Positions 48,899 to 62,690 of a stretch of DNA of 64,000 nucleotides are shown here, piece by piece. The notes beneath the pieces were generated by a model. It was not told the origin of the DNA and searched no databases. It worked only from the letters and a program-made list of their open reading frames with translations. This DNA comes from Octopus sinensis (lineage: Eukaryota): the NCBI RefSeq assembly GCF_006345805.1, contig NC_043019.1, positions 5,641,360 through 5,705,359 on the forward strand, written 5' to 3'. Each line of letters begins with the position of its first letter. Position 1 is the stretch's first letter. A program made the position numbers and the translations under genes.

Positions 48899-49168
48899 AG
48901 ATAATTCTAGTTTGTACCCTCATAGAATACCTAGAACAGTGGTTTTCAACCGGAGTTCCGTGGAACCATAGGGTTCCGCCAGTACAGTCCAGGGGTTCCA
49001 CAAGAAGTTACAAAACTGCTAAAATCGACAGTAATTTTTAATTCTCCTGTGCAGATATGTGTGCATAAGTCAATTAAATAATTGCACAGGGGTTCCTCGA
49101 GCCAGTGGAATGTTTCCTTGGGGTTCTGCTTCAGCAAAAAGGTTGAAAAGCACTGACCCAGAATATGC
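48580..49168. repeat. Long foldback palindrome (16-nt spacer) whose right arm carries a hAT MITE
   Basis: Arms mirror unique sequence, a (CA)n tract and a CAGGGTGTTC..CTAAAT TIR-like segment; spacer 48788-48803. Confidence 0.9.
48937..49155. mobile_element. 219-bp hAT-type MITE
   Basis: TIRs CAGTGGTTTTCAACC / GGTTGAAAAGCACTG; 8-bp TSD ACCTAGAA / ACCCAGAA. Confidence 0.9.
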
Positions 49169-49589
49169 TTTGCAGGTGGGAAAAAGTTAGTTGACATGGA
49201 GGACTGGAAGCCATGTGAATATTGGGAAAGCGTTGGGTGTATTCTGAGGATTTGTGTCGGGTATCAAAAGGCAGGCATCATGACGACTGCCCCTTGATAC
49301 TTTGTGAATCCAGTAAAGACTGTAAGATGTGATATGGACAACTGCATCAGAAACTATGAAGCTGTAACCAGCACGAAAGGGGCAGAGCAGGCATTCTGAC
49401 TGTGTCTACATGTCAGGATTCATAGCCACATGTTTTGCTCAATTTAGATGGCTATGTGAAGCTACTGAAAACTGGTCAATCCCTGGCTGGAGAGGGTACT
49501 GCTGGAGGGCCATATGTGTGGCAGTAGGATTTGACTTCTTGCCAAACCTCTAAAAGGAGTCAGAAGTGGTTATAGGAGAGTTCCTACCA

Positions 49590-49815
49590 CTTCATCAGCT
49601 TCAGTTTATGGCCCCTAATACTTCTGATTCTAATGCCATGGGTCACTACGTGTGGAGTACAGGTGAGAAAGACATCACCATGGCCAAATTGGAGAACAAG
49701 ATCAAAGAGGTGTTCAAAAAATCTTCCCAGGGACACAGTAAGGAATGCATTCACCAGGTTCTGGAGCTGTCTTGAGGCCATGGTGGAAACTGAGAACAGC
49801 TACTTTGGGAAATCT
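49590..49815 (+). mobile_element. maT-like transposase C-terminal remnant
   Basis: PNTSDSNAMGHYVWS and AFTRFWSCLEAMVETENSYF resemble the C-terminus of the 8246-9087 element. Confidence 0.6.
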
Positions 49816-50212
49816 ATTATCTCCCAGCCATAATCTAGTTGATAATTTATGTGTTTTTTTTAAATCCTTTTATTTTTTTGATGAGATATTGTGTTTTCTT
49901 GTTCTTTTATTCAAACTGCCCGAATGCCCTGAATATATGTACATGTAAGTATGTGTGTGTGTGCGTGTGTGTGTATGTGTGTGTATATTCTAGTAACATT
50001 AGTTGCACAGAAAAACAGTCCTTAATGAAATATCCTTTGATTGGTCTGCTTTCTAAAACATTCTTCCAATCAAATGTAAGTAAAATGTAATTTAAAAATG
50101 GAAGAATTTAAGAATGAAAATTTAGTATAAAGCAGTTTTAGTGGGTCATAGCACTGTATACAGTAAGCCCATCATCACCCTCATTACTATTACTATTCCA
50201 GTTAACTCATCC

Positions 50213-50249
<37 letters not shown>

Positions 50250-50708
50250 GAAATGTGAAGGTGCATGGCTTAGTGGCTAAAGTCTTGGGCTTACAATGAC
50301 AAGGTTGTGGAGAGAAATCTGACTTTCTGAACAATTTGAGGAACTCCATTGAAGCTCACAATCCTTATATCCATTATTCTAATAACGTTAAAAAGTTGCA
50401 CAGTTCTATAAAATTCTTCTATCTGTGATCTTTTCGTGATTTTTTTTTTGTTTTCTTCATAATATAACAGAATGAAATGTTTGGTCTGAGGTTTAAAATG
50501 AAATTTCAAATGCAATATAAAGAGCCATGAGTGGGGATGTTTGGAAATACAAAATCTGAACAACTGTCTTCGCATTATTAGGGATGGGGAATAAAAGAGG
50601 AGAGAAACAAATCCCTCTCCAAAAACAAAGAACGAATATTAAAAAAGGAAAAACCTTATGGTATTTTCAACAGGTAACTCACAGAATTAAAATCACACAC
50701 ACACACAC

Positions 50709-51905
50709 ACTGGGTTGGCCAAAAATCTATTCAGTTTTTTAAGAAAAATAAGACAAATTTTAAACACAGACCAGTTTATTTAATCTATGGTATAACTACT
50801 GTTTCACTTTAGTATCTTCTGCCAACTTGTGAGCAGATCCATTCTTCCCTGCTCAAAGAATTTCCTGTCTACTGGTAAAAAAACCCCTTCCAAATGAATT
50901 CTTACATTCTCTTTAGAGTTGAATCTTTGTCCATTCAATGAATTTTGAAGAGGAGATTAAAACAGGTGCAAATTTGAAGGTGCAAGGTTAGGCAAATTTA
51001 GAGGGTGCAGCATAACTTCCCAGCCAAGTCCCAGTAACTTCTGCCACATCTGCAAAGAAGTGTGTGGTCTGACATTGCCTTGATGAAAGCCAATACCTTT
51101 TTGATTAGCAAATACTGATAAGACTGGTGGATTGCTGCATTCAATTTGTCCAACTGATCACAGAACACATCCAAAATAAGGGGTCTGTCTGTGGGAAGAA
51201 GCTCATAAAAGGAAACACCCTTTCAATCCCACCAAATTGAAACCATACACGTCTTTGAGTGATGTCCTCATTTGGAGTTTGTTTGTGATGGTTTTGCAGC
51301 ACTTTCCCTGAGATTGTTTACACTTCCCATTATTGGAGCCATTTTTCATCTCCTGTCACCATTCTCTTCATAAAAAAAACCGATAAATTTCTTCACATCT
51401 TGGCTGCAAATCACAGACGGAAATTCATTGGCTGAGGTAAGCATAATTCAATTGATGTGGAAGATGGCTTTTCAACACTTGATTTGGATATTTGAGGAAT
51501 AACTGTTTAATGGGGACTGGTGTCACTTTTAATCCCAGTTGGCCAGTCAGAGCAAGGTATGTCTTGAACAGAAAGATTTACTGATCAAAATCTTGTAAAC
51601 CACTTCTGGCACATGTTCTGTTATGCCATCCTCTCCATACATAGCACATATTTTCCTGCAGGTTACCACCACATTTAGCTTTGTAAAAATTTCTTTTAAA
51701 AAATCATGAGGTGTCAATAATATTTGTTTTGGTTCACCATTTTCAGGGTGATCCCAGGCATTCATAAGTTCATGTTGAACATCATCGAAGTGTCAAATAT
51801 CAAAACGAATGTGCACGCGTAAGGGACAGACTAAAGTTAGCTACATGAGAGAATGCTTGAAGTTTAGTGTTGACGAAAACAAACTGGTTTTTTGGCCAAC
51901 CCAAC
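50709..51905 (-). mobile_element. Near-full-length decayed mariner element
   Basis: TIRs TGGGTTGGCCAAAAA at both ends; remnants KICAMYGEDGITE and LGWEVMLHP with many stops. Confidence 0.8.
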
Positions 51906-51966
51906 AAATTTATATATAAAAGTATATCTGTACATATGACTGGAAATAACAATAACAATAATAATA

Positions 51967-52016
<50 letters not shown>

Positions 52017-52040
52017 TTAATAATAATAATAATAATAATA

Positions 52041-52264
52041 TTTTTTTTTCATTGCCCACAAGAGGCTGAACATAGAGGGGACAAACAAGGACAGACAAAC
52101 GGATTAAGTCGATTACATCGACCCCAGTGCGTAACTGGTACTTAATTTATCGACCCCGGAAAGGATGAAAGGCAAAGTCGACCTCGGCGGAATTTGAACT
52201 CAGAACACAGCAGCGGACGAAATAACACAAATCATTTCGCCCGGCTTGCTAACGTTTCTGCCAG
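52041..52264 (-). mobile_element. SINE family B
   Basis: Matches other family B copies; flanked by (AAT)n arrays. Confidence 0.9.
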
Positions 52265-52307
52265 AATAATGATGATGATGATGATGATGATAATAATAAT
52301 AATAATG

Positions 52308-52352
<45 letters not shown>

Positions 52353-52653
52353 GCATCAAAAAGAGCAACAGTAACAACAATAAAATGTAATTGTTTGAAG
52401 CAGAAAGAAAGCCATGAGATACAGCAATATTCTTACAAAGTGTGAAGTGAAAAGAATATGAACAGTGTGGAATACACACATATTCACACAAATATATATA
52501 TACACGCATACACAAACACACAAGCCAGAACAGAACACATTCTTAATTAATTGTAAATGTAATGAGGAAGACAACAGCTGCAGCATCATTAACATCTTCA
52601 TCTACAATAATAATAATAATAGCAATCACAGGACTGAATTAAATTCACCTTTC

Positions 52654-52704
<51 letters not shown>

Positions 52705-53312
52705 GTATACACATACACATACATATGCACACACACAAAGGCTTATACACCTTCATATGTGTGTATATGTGCATGCACATTCATTTTCACATCCAGTTTT
52801 CCATGCTGTCATGGGTTAGAAAAACATGTTGAGGCAGATTTTCAACAGCTGGATGCTCTTCCCGCTCCCAACCTTCATCTTATTTAAGTAAATATATTTT
52901 CATTTCACTGGCTGCTCCTCACACAACTATTGGACTTTTGGCTTACATTCTCTTGTAAGTAAAGACATTAAATCTTTTGCCGTGCTGTGGTGGGGGTTAA
53001 TGAGAAGATGTGGAAATGGCATTCAAACACACGTGCATATAATAATATTATATGCATACGTTGTGAGGGTGTGGTGTATATATCTGGTTATAATGATAAT
53101 AATATCAACTGCCAATTCAATGCAGCTATTAACTGTAAGTTAAGACAACATTTAACTTCTGTAATAACAAGTAATATCTAATTGCTAATTAAGATGAGAA
53201 CCAGCCATGAGGGATCATTTCTAAGATTTTATAATTTATTTGTTCAGTTGCTCCCTCTTAACAGAAAAAGAAAGTTTTAAGTTATTAAAATAAAAAATGA
53301 TTAATGATTATA

Positions 53313-53739
53313 GGCGCAGGAGTGGCTGTGTGGTAAGTAGCTTGCTTACCAACCACATGGTTCCGGGTTCAGTCCCGCTGCGTGGCATCTTGGGCAAGTG
53401 TCTTCTGCTATAGCCCCGGGTCGACCAATGCCTTGTGAGTGGATTTGGTAGACGGAAACTGAAAGAAGCCTGTCATATATATATGTATATATATATGTAT
53501 ATATATATGTGTGTGTGTTCGTGTGTGTTTGTGTGTCTGTGTTTGTCCCCCTAGCATTGCTTGACAACCGATGCTGGTGTGTTTGTGTCCCCATCACTTA
53601 GCGGTTCAGCAAAAGAGACCGATAGAATAAGTACTGGGCTTACAAAGAATAAGTCCCGGGGTCGAGTTGCTCGACTAAAGGCGGTGCTCCAGCATGGCCG
53701 CAGTCAAATGACTGAAACAAGTAAAAGAATAAAAGAGTA
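53313..53739 (+). mobile_element. SINE family A, full length
   Basis: Head through tail intact. Confidence 0.94.
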
Positions 53740-54079
53740 ACCGAAACCTAAACTTATATTAAAACAAGTCTGAGATTTTCATTGGTTTCTCCTGAATTTG
53801 TGACATGTTGAATAGCTGTTGTCCAGTATTTACCAAGATGGGGCCCCTGTGTCTATTCACCAGGATGCTGAGACTGTATATATTGCAACTGATACATATC
53901 TCATAACATTCAGTACAGTCATGAAGATATTGTTAAAAAGTTTGTAAATCACACAGTTTAGTTTTAAAGTGTGTGTAGAAACCTTCTTTTTGGAGTAACT
54001 TGATCAAGTGTCCTCCCATAGATTCAAGGTTGAACAACATCACATGAGTGGGATGTGAGGAAGCCTGAGTCATATACAT

Positions 54080-54102
54080 ACATGCAAATATATATATATA
54101 TG

Positions 54103-54134
<32 letters not shown>

Positions 54135-54201
54135 TGTATGTATGTATGTATGTATGTATGTATGTATGTATGCATGCATGTATGTGTGTGTGTATATATA
54201 T

Positions 54202-54242
<41 letters not shown>

Positions 54243-54360
54243 CATACATACATACATATGTATACATACATATATATGCATATATGCATACATACATATA
54301 CATACATACATACATACATACATATGTATATATATACATATATATATATATATGTATATA
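54080..54360. repeat. Compound (TATG)n/(TA)n/(TACA)n microsatellite
   Basis: Direct sequence; source of the MYVCMYVC pseudo-ORFs. Confidence 0.97.
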
Positions 54361-56554
54361 TACCACTCCCCAGGGATTGACTACAAGTTTAGTTGATGTA
54401 TCTAATACAAGGGTCATGAGAGAGATCAAATCATTAGATTAGCCATTAGTTCCACCTGAGCAAGTCGCTAGGTACTTAACACTAAAAAGTATCAAGTCGT
54501 ATGTCAACAAACCATTGATCAGAGTAAAGTATTCCTATATCGGCCATCAAGAGCTGAATATGTTGTCAAGCTGAAAGGCTCAAGTTCTAAATCCATATTC
54601 TACTAAAAGTTACTTAATCTAGTCTTGGTTACTTTAAATCCCTTACAACAGGGCTTTCACTTCCTTATTGCTGGTAAGGATCTTAAAAAAAGGTACAACT
54701 ATTGCACAAGGTTAACAGTCCTTCACAAGATATCATATATATTGATGTATGAAATTGATATCTCTGAATTACTCAATTATTGCAAGTTTACCAGATAAAT
54801 GGAAGAGCATTATAGAAAATGAAGGAGAGTATATTTTAGATAAAAAAGGACTTTATCGTAATTTTGAAAACTGAGAGAAGTATAAAAAGACTGCATTATT
54901 TATAGGCTGACCCCATAAATCCTTGATTATTGATTTCTAACATTGTTTTAAGGTCAAAAACTTTGGCAATGGAATGAGGATTTTTTAAAATTATATCAAC
55001 CCCAATAAATGACTGGTATTGACCTGAGAAGATGAAAAGCAAAGTTGACTCCAGCAGTATTTGAACTTAAAGGGTTCTAATTACTGGCTGTGGTTATTGT
55101 GGTCAACACTTTACTTTAGGCATTGGAATGTATTGAGATTTTGATTGACCAGGTTGTTTGTTGAGCTTTCTTTCGGCCAACTTGAAGGGGCAGAGGTAAG
55201 AAGAGAATCTACCATTTGAAGAGAGAGGTCAACAGCCACAACAACAGCAACAATAGTAGCAACAGCAGCAGCAAGAGTCGCAGCAGCAGCAGCAGCAAAG
55301 CAGCAAGAGTGGTAGCAGCAAGAACAGTAACAGCAACAATGTCAGTCACAGCAGCAACAACAAGATGATAAGATATTTAAATACATATATATATATACAT
55401 ATATATATGTATGTATATATATATATATATATATATTGCAATAATACAATATATATATATATTATATATATATATATATATATTGTATTATGGTAATTCC
55501 ATGCTCTATTGTGGTCGAATAAAATCAATGCTTGATGTTTCAGTATTCAGAGGAATCCACCAACGGGTGAATAGACCAAGTAATCTTTTTTGCCTGAGGA
55601 AGGAACCAATCTATTGTACTGACTTCAGTACTTGACTGGTCCTTTATTTCATTGAGGCCAATACGGTGAAAAGCAGAGATGACCACAGTGAGATTTGAAT
55701 TCAAAACATACAATCACAATAAGTATTTTTGTCTCACACTCTAAAGATTCTGTCAATATTTCTACCATAAATTCATACGTGAATGTGTGTGTATAGGTGC
55801 ACACACACACACACACACACACACAATGTTTAATCAAAACCTTTTCTTTTTGCAATTAACAATTATACACACACATAAACATAGATACACGTAATATTTG
55901 TGTATATAGATATATATATATATACACAAATATCATTACAGTCATATAAACACAAACATACATATAGCCGAAACTAACTAAACCTGATTCAAGACAAGAA
56001 AGGAAAAAAATATTTATTGAAAAGAAATAGCAAAAAATTTGCAAGAAAATTAAGAAATGAGAAAAATTAAGAAAATAAAGAAAAGATTTTCCTGCAAAAT
56101 AAATGTCTTTTATTGTAAAACCAAAGAAATATATTTTACTATAAAACAAAAATATATGTTAGAAAATTAAGAACATAAATCAATTAAAATGTATAATTAA
56201 TAATTAAAAACAGAAATACTTAGTGACCAGTTTTGGTTGTTATATTGGTTTTTAATTAAAAACTTTGTCTGGTGTTTTAATTGACTTCAAATATTCTGAA
56301 AACATAAATCTGTCCTGATCATGAAGTTCCTTCTTAATTACTGTTTTCAGGGGTGGGGTGGGGTGGGGTGGACTAGCAGAATTATTATTGTGTCAGAAAG
56401 AATGCTTTAATACTTTGAGGTAAGAATACAAATGCCAGTGGGGTTAAATTCGCCTTTCATTGCCCTGGCATTGGTAAAAGAAATAAAAAACAAAAGAAAA
56501 AAAGCCCAAACAGTTAAGTAGTGGGATTGGTGATATTAACTAACCCCAACTTTG

Positions 56555-57065
56555 TGTGTCCATGCATGTCTTTCCTCCCTTGGACACACAAAGACCTGTT
56601 GAGGCAAGCGAAGTTGAAATCGAACCTCATCCGACGACAGGCACCCATACCAACCCCACTTCTCTGCTTGCGAAGATCTGTTGGGGCAAGTGAAATCGAA
56701 ATTGGAATCAAAATTGAACCAATCCTATGACTGGCACCCGACAGTTGCCAGGACCCCTGGACTGGTGGTACGTAAAAAGCACTATCTGAATCGTGGCCGA
56801 TGCCAGTGTCACCTCGACTGGCTTCCATGCACCAATCCGATCGTGGCCATTGCCAGCCTCGTCTGGCACCTGTGCAGGTGGCACGTAAAAGCCACCCACT
56901 ACACTCACGGAGTAGTTGGCTTTAGGAAGGGCATCCAGCCGTAGAAACACTTCCAGATCAGACTGGAGCCTGGTGCAGCCTTCTGGCTTCCCAGATCCCC
57001 GGTCGAACCGTCCAACCCATGCTAGCATGGAGAACGGACGTTAAACGATGATGATGATGATGATG
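56555..57065 (+). mobile_element. Repeat family C, long variant
   Basis: Two GAAGAYCTGTTGRGGCAAG modules, ~60-bp modules, core and (GAT)n tail. Confidence 0.85.
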
Positions 57066-57135
57066 AACTCTTTAAAAATTGCTGGTCCTATATCTAAATT
57101 AGAAACATCTATTATTATTATTATTATTATTATTA

Positions 57136-57178
<43 letters not shown>

Positions 57179-57379
57179 TTGTGGAGACACATGGCTTAGT
57201 GGTTGTGGTGTTAAACTCATGGTCATAAGACTGTGGTTTTGATTCCTGGACTCAGTGATGCATCGTGTTCTTGAAGCAAACCTTTCATTTCATGTTGCTT
57301 CAGTTGATTCAGCTGGTAGAATTATAATCCTTCGATCCACTGGCAGCCCATCAAGTGGGGAATCTATTTATATACACCA

Positions 57380-57745
57380 GAGAAGCCGAGGAAACCAAGT
57401 TTTTGCAGAGTATGTGCAAAAGCTTGAAAGAAATGAAGCCATCAGAGCATGCTGCACTGGATGTGCAATGTCAGTGTGCATGTGCGACAAAATGTAAATG
57501 TGTTGAGAGAGAAGCCAGGTATAAGAGGCGTCAGATGTAGTGTGCAAGGGAGAAGACCACACTGGTATGGTTATGTGATGCATGTGGATGAGGACCGCTG
57601 CTGATCGCTAAATGTGGAGAGAGCCTGTGGAAGAGGAAGACCCAAGAAGACAGGGGCCGAAGTGGTCGTAAATGATCTTTAAATGCTGAGCCTCACAGAG
57701 GAGTTAACAAGGGAACAAAACAATTGGGGATTTGCTGTGCTTGAG
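57380..57745 (+). mobile_element. Decayed RTE LINE 3' end
   Basis: LERNEA..WMCNVSV, WYGYVMHVDED, GRGRPKKT remnants. Confidence 0.75.
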
Positions 57746-57772
57746 AAGACCCATCCAGCTAAATAAAATCAA

Positions 57773-57935
57773 GGCGCAGGAGTGGCTGTGTGGTAAGTAG
57801 CTTGCTTACCAACCACACGGTTTTGGGTTCAGTCCCACTGCGTGGCACCTTGGGAAAGTGTCTTCTACTAAAGCCTCAGGCCGACCAAAAGCCTTGTGAG
57901 TGGATTTAGTAGACGGAAACTGAAAGAAGCCTGTC

Positions 57936-57979
<44 letters not shown>

Positions 57980-58207
57980 GTGTGTGTGTTTGTGTGTCTG
58001 TGTTTGTCCCCCCAACATTGCTTGACAACTGATGCTGGTATGTTTACATCCCCGTTACTTAGCGGTTCGGCAAAAGAGACCAATAGAATAAGTACTAGGC
58101 TTACAAAGAATAAGTCCTGGGGTCGATTTGCTCGACTAAAAGGCGGTGCTCCAGCATGGCCGCAGTCAAATGACTGAAACAAGTAAAAGAATAAAAGAGT
58201 AAAGAGT
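57773..58207 (+). mobile_element. SINE family A, full length
   Basis: Head through tail intact. Confidence 0.94.
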
Positions 58208-58959
58208 GAAGGCATGTCCTTTGTGTCCATACCTCCGGCCATCCTATCCCACCTGTGCTCACCACCCACTGTATTCCCCTTTGCTCTCCCACACGAACCT
58301 ACCTGCCCACAATATGTCTCTGCCAAACCTCTTCCTCACAACTTATCCTCCTAATACCCTCCCCACCCTCTACCTGTGCCCACTCCTTACATTCTGCCCT
58401 TCCCTCTTCCACCTAACTTTCGCATTCTTGTGAACCCATGCACCCGCTCACCCTTTCCAATCCCTAGTCTACTTCCCTATATACGCCTCCCTGTAAGTTG
58501 GATGTATGCACCATCCCCGTCACATCTTCACTATCTTCTCTCTTTCCTCTCTCTCTCTCTCTCTCTCTCCCCATTTGAGGTATCCCTGTTTCTCATCTAA
58601 TGCAAAACACCTTTTACTACTCCCTCTCGGTTAAAGGGTCTCGTCCAGCAAGTTGCTTCCTGACTTCACTGCTGCTGGTGCGATGTAAAAAGCAACCAGT
58701 ACACTCTGTAAAATGGTTGGCATTAGGAAGGGCATCCAGCTATAGAAACCCTGTTGAAACAGACAGCAGGGCTTGGTGCAGCCTTCTGACTCTCCACTTG
58801 CTGTCAATCCATCCAACTCCTGCCAGCATGAAAAACATATGTTAAAGGATGATGATGATGATTATTTATCACACAGCAGTGGTGTTTGAAACTCTGTCAG
58901 TTCTGTTCAGTGGGGATCAAACCTCAACTTTTGCTTGGAGATATTCAGCACATATCTTA

Positions 58960-60455
58960 AGATTCTAGCTGCAGCCTTCAGACACTTTCTTTAGTGTCAC
59001 TAAGTTAATTGCCATTATAGAAAGCCATTTAGAGATATTTTTAGACACCGTACTTAGTGAACCTATTATTAAAAGGAATTACTACTATTTCTCTGCTGTT
59101 TAGGTCCTGATATTTATCTAGTATTTTGTTTTCTTTACCCTTCACCCTGGACTCTAATAAGCAGGCTACATTTATTATCACACCAGTTTCTTTCACTGCA
59201 CAATCGACATAGAGTGCCAATACATCTTCCACCATATCCATATCTTTTCTCCTTTCTCTTCTTCTAGGCTGATATTATATTGACTTCTATGACTTTCTTC
59301 AGAAGGAGTTCTTGAAGAAGATTTACTCTCTCTTTTACTCTTTTACTTGTTTCAGTCATTTGACTGCGGCCATGCTGGAGCACTGCCTTTAGTCGAGCAA
59401 CTCGACCCCGGGACTTATTCTTTGTAAGTCCAGTACTTATTCTATCGGTCTCTTTTGCCGAACCGCTAAGTGACAGGGACGTAAACACACCAGCATCGGT
59501 TGTCAAGCAATGTTGGGGGGACAAACACAGACATACAAACATACACACACACACATATATATATATATATATTATATATATATATATATATATACATATA
59601 TACGACAAGCTTCTTTCAGTTTCCGTCTACCAAATCCTCTCACAAGGCATTGGTCGGCCCGAGGCTATAGTAGAAGACACTTGTCCAAGGTGCCATGCAG
59701 TGGGACTGAACCCGGAACCATGTGGCTGGTAAACAAGCTACTTACCACACAGCCACTCCAGCGCCTATTTATAAATTTTTTTGTTATTCGGCCTTTCTTT
59801 CCTGCTGTCCGTGATATCTTCTTTATCTTTTCCCGCATTCAGTGCCCTTTACATTCCGACAAATACTTGTACAGACAGCAGTTCATAACAACACAATCTT
59901 TTATGCCAGTCATTTTTCTTCCTTCATTGGTTCATATACAATCCATTGATGTTAGATATTACATTCAGTTTTGTCAAACATATCCAATATTGTCAGCAGC
60001 TTTCTAGTTTCCCAGTCAATGTCCTCTAGTTCTTGTGTGTTCCAGCTGAAGAGATCACAACCTCAGTTAGAAATAGATGATTGATTCAGCGCATGAGTTG
60101 ATATTTTAATAAACATTGTTCATGTTCAAGGACTTTAGATATCTTCTCAGTCTTTAGGTTTTCCATTGTGTTCTTAGACATTTCTTTTTGTATTCTATGA
60201 GACTAGATTCCCAAACTCCTAAACACTTGTATTCAGTTTCCTTATCAATTCACTTCATATGTTTTTCCGTAGAGAGCTCAAGGTTTCTTATCTCAGACAA
60301 TTTCCCCTTCTTCATGATAAGGGACACTACACTCATTACCACCAAATTCCAGCCTTATGGCCTGATTGAATACTTGTACACTGTTCACTGAAATGTCGAG
60401 TTGATATTCATTTTCATCAAACTATTTCAGGTCATCCATAATGATTTAATCCTCA
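58960..60455 (-). mobile_element. Decayed R4/Dong-like (restriction-like endonuclease) LINE interrupted by SINE A
   Basis: RT remnants MDDLK, YKCLG; C-terminal IINVACLLESRVKGKENKILDKYQDL resembles the RLE motif IIDVA.P.D..V..KE.EK..KYQDL. Confidence 0.65.
59325..59765 (-). mobile_element. SINE family A, full length
   Basis: Reverse-complement copy of family A. Confidence 0.94.
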
Positions 60456-60457
60456 TC

Positions 60458-60678
60458 GGCTGCTGAACTGGCAGAATCATTAGCATGCCAAAACAAAAAA
60501 TGCTTAGTGGCATTTTGTCTGTCTTTACATTCTGAGTTCAAATTTTGCTGAGGTCAACATTACCCTTCATCTTTTGGGGTCAATAAAATAAGTACTAGTT
60601 GAGTATTGTGGTCGATGTAATCAACTAACCCAACCCCCCTGAACTTGCTGATCTTGTGCCAAAATTTGAAACCAATAA
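60458..60678 (+). mobile_element. SINE family B, diverged
   Basis: GAACTGGCAGAATCATTAGC head, GAGTTCAAATT box, CCCTTCATCTTTTGGGGTCAATAAAATAAGTAC core. Confidence 0.75.
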
Positions 60679-61019
60679 TTTCATCATCATCAAACCCTAG
60701 ACGTTACTGTCTTGAACCCTAGGACTCAAGGAGCCAGTTACCTGGTTTCCACAGTATATAAGTGACTGACATCAAAACATTTCCCCTGAACAGGACACCA
60801 GTTTGTTGCAGTGCTACTAATTTACAGCTGAGTGGACTAGGGCATTTTGCTTAAGGATACAATTCAATGACCTGTCTGGGAATAATAACCGTGATCTTGT
60901 GGTTGTTAGGGCAACACCGTAACCACTAGGTCAGGACACCTAATAATTTTGGGTCTTCCATAAATAAAAGGGGAAAGCCGGTTTGTTTATCTTTTCTAAT
61001 ACATTGTTACCTTTCTTAA

Positions 61020-61247
61020 CCCTTTCGTTACTGTATTTACTTTGGGATGCTCTGTGTTTCTTTTAATTATTTTAAATATATAGGCGCAGGAGTGGCTGTG
61101 TGGTAAGTAGCTTGCTAACCAACTACATGGTTCCGGGTTCAGTCCCACTGCGTGGCATCTTGGGCAAGTATCTTCTGCTATAGCTCCGGGCCGACCAATG
61201 CTTTGTGAGTGGATTTGGTAGACAGAAACTGAAAGAAGCCTGTCGTA

Positions 61248-61304
<57 letters not shown>

Positions 61305-61671
61305 TTGTGTGTCTGTGTTTGTCCCCCTAGCATTGTTTGACAACCGATGCTGGTGTGTTTACGTGCCCGTCACTTAGCAGTTCGGCAAAAAGAGACCGAT
61401 AGAATAAGTAGTGGGCTTAAAAAAAGAATAAGTCCCGGGGTCGAATTGCTCGATTAAAGGCGGTGCTCCAGCATGGCTGCAGTCAAATGACTGAAACAAG
61501 TAAAAGAGTATAACAAAAAATTTACTAAAATAACTTAGTCATCATTCAGCTAGTGCTAGGAACCTAAATTGTGACTAAGGTTTGGTTGAAGATTTTAATT
61601 CAAACTTATGAAAACAAGACTTTTGTACTACAGAACGAGAGCTGGTTTCAGCCGGGTTGGTAAGGAAAGGG
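61020..61671. mobile_element. piggyBac-like MITE containing SINE A
   Basis: TTAA TSDs at 61016-19 and 61672-75; CCCTTTC/GAAAGGG termini. Confidence 0.88.
61083..61509 (+). mobile_element. SINE family A, full length
   Basis: Head through tail intact. Confidence 0.94.
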
Positions 61672-62464
61672 TTAAAATATGAATCTACAAGTTTTTTTTT
61701 TCCAATGATAATACCTCCTTATTGTATCAGACTTTGTATTTTTACTTTGAGAATATTCAGTTCATTTTGGTTCCTTGGGTCCCATTTTTTTTTAATGTTT
61801 AGTGTTGTAGATTTGATAATTTCAAGCTGATTATTTTTTCTTGTTGTTAATTATCATTATTCTTAACAGTGGCAGTTTACCAGAAATGGTTTAATGATTA
61901 GAAGAAAAATTCTGGCCTCAATCCTGTTAGGAAGCATCATCATCATCATCATCATTATTATTATTTTTAATCTCCGCTTCCCCTACCATGCCAGATAATT
62001 ATGCTGCCATTTTTGTTCAACCTTCAACTTCATTTGATAACAGCAAAACTGATCAACAGGTAAATCATCAGAAGGTAAAATAAAGTAGTAGTAGTAGTAG
62101 TAGTAGTAGTGGTTAGTGATTGTGGTTGTGGTGGTGGTAGTATTTCCATGCTTGGGAAGATACAACTGTAAATCAAGACAATTTACCAACAGACAAGGAT
62201 AAACTTACAATCAGATTACTATCAGTATCACTTCAATTCTGCCTTTTGTCTTCTGAGGGTGGGGTCGATAAAATAAATACCAACTGAATACTGGGGGTCT
62301 ATGCAAATGATTAATCCCACCTCTAAAACTTCAGGCCTTGTTCCTATAGTAGAATGAATTATTATTATTATTATTATTATTATGTAATTGACTTAACACG
62401 TTTCTCAAAATTAGTGACCAAGAGCCAAAATTTGAAACCATTATTATCATAATTATTATTTGAA

Positions 62465-62690
62465 GGTGGTGAGCTGCCAGAACGGTCAGCATATTGGACA
62501 AAATATTTTGCAATATTTCTTCTGGGTTTACATTCTGAGTTCAAGTTCTACCAAGGTTGACTTTATCTGTCATCCCTTTTGTAATTGATGAAATAAGTCC
62601 CCAGTTAAGCATTAGGGAAGAGATAATTAACAGGTGCCCTCATACCATAAATTTCAGGCTTTGTGGTTATAATAGAAAGGATTATTATTA
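62465..62690 (+). mobile_element. SINE family B, diverged
   Basis: GGTGGTGAGCTGCCAGAA head and GAGTTCAAGTTC box. Confidence 0.72.

Noticed and set aside
308-54442. Dozens of ORFs rich in YIYI, CVCV, HTHT or MYVC
   Set aside because: They are translations of (TA)n, (CA)n and (TACA)n microsatellites, with no coding complexity or splice context.
53750-54830. Non-repetitive, coding-like sequence split by a microsatellite
   Set aside because: Multiple stops and no recognisable domain; needs tblastx before any claim.
2009-61343. Recurrent ORFs such as MLGGQTQTHK...RQASFSFRLPNPLTRLW
   Set aside because: Chance frames through SINE A; they vary in frame and stops among copies.
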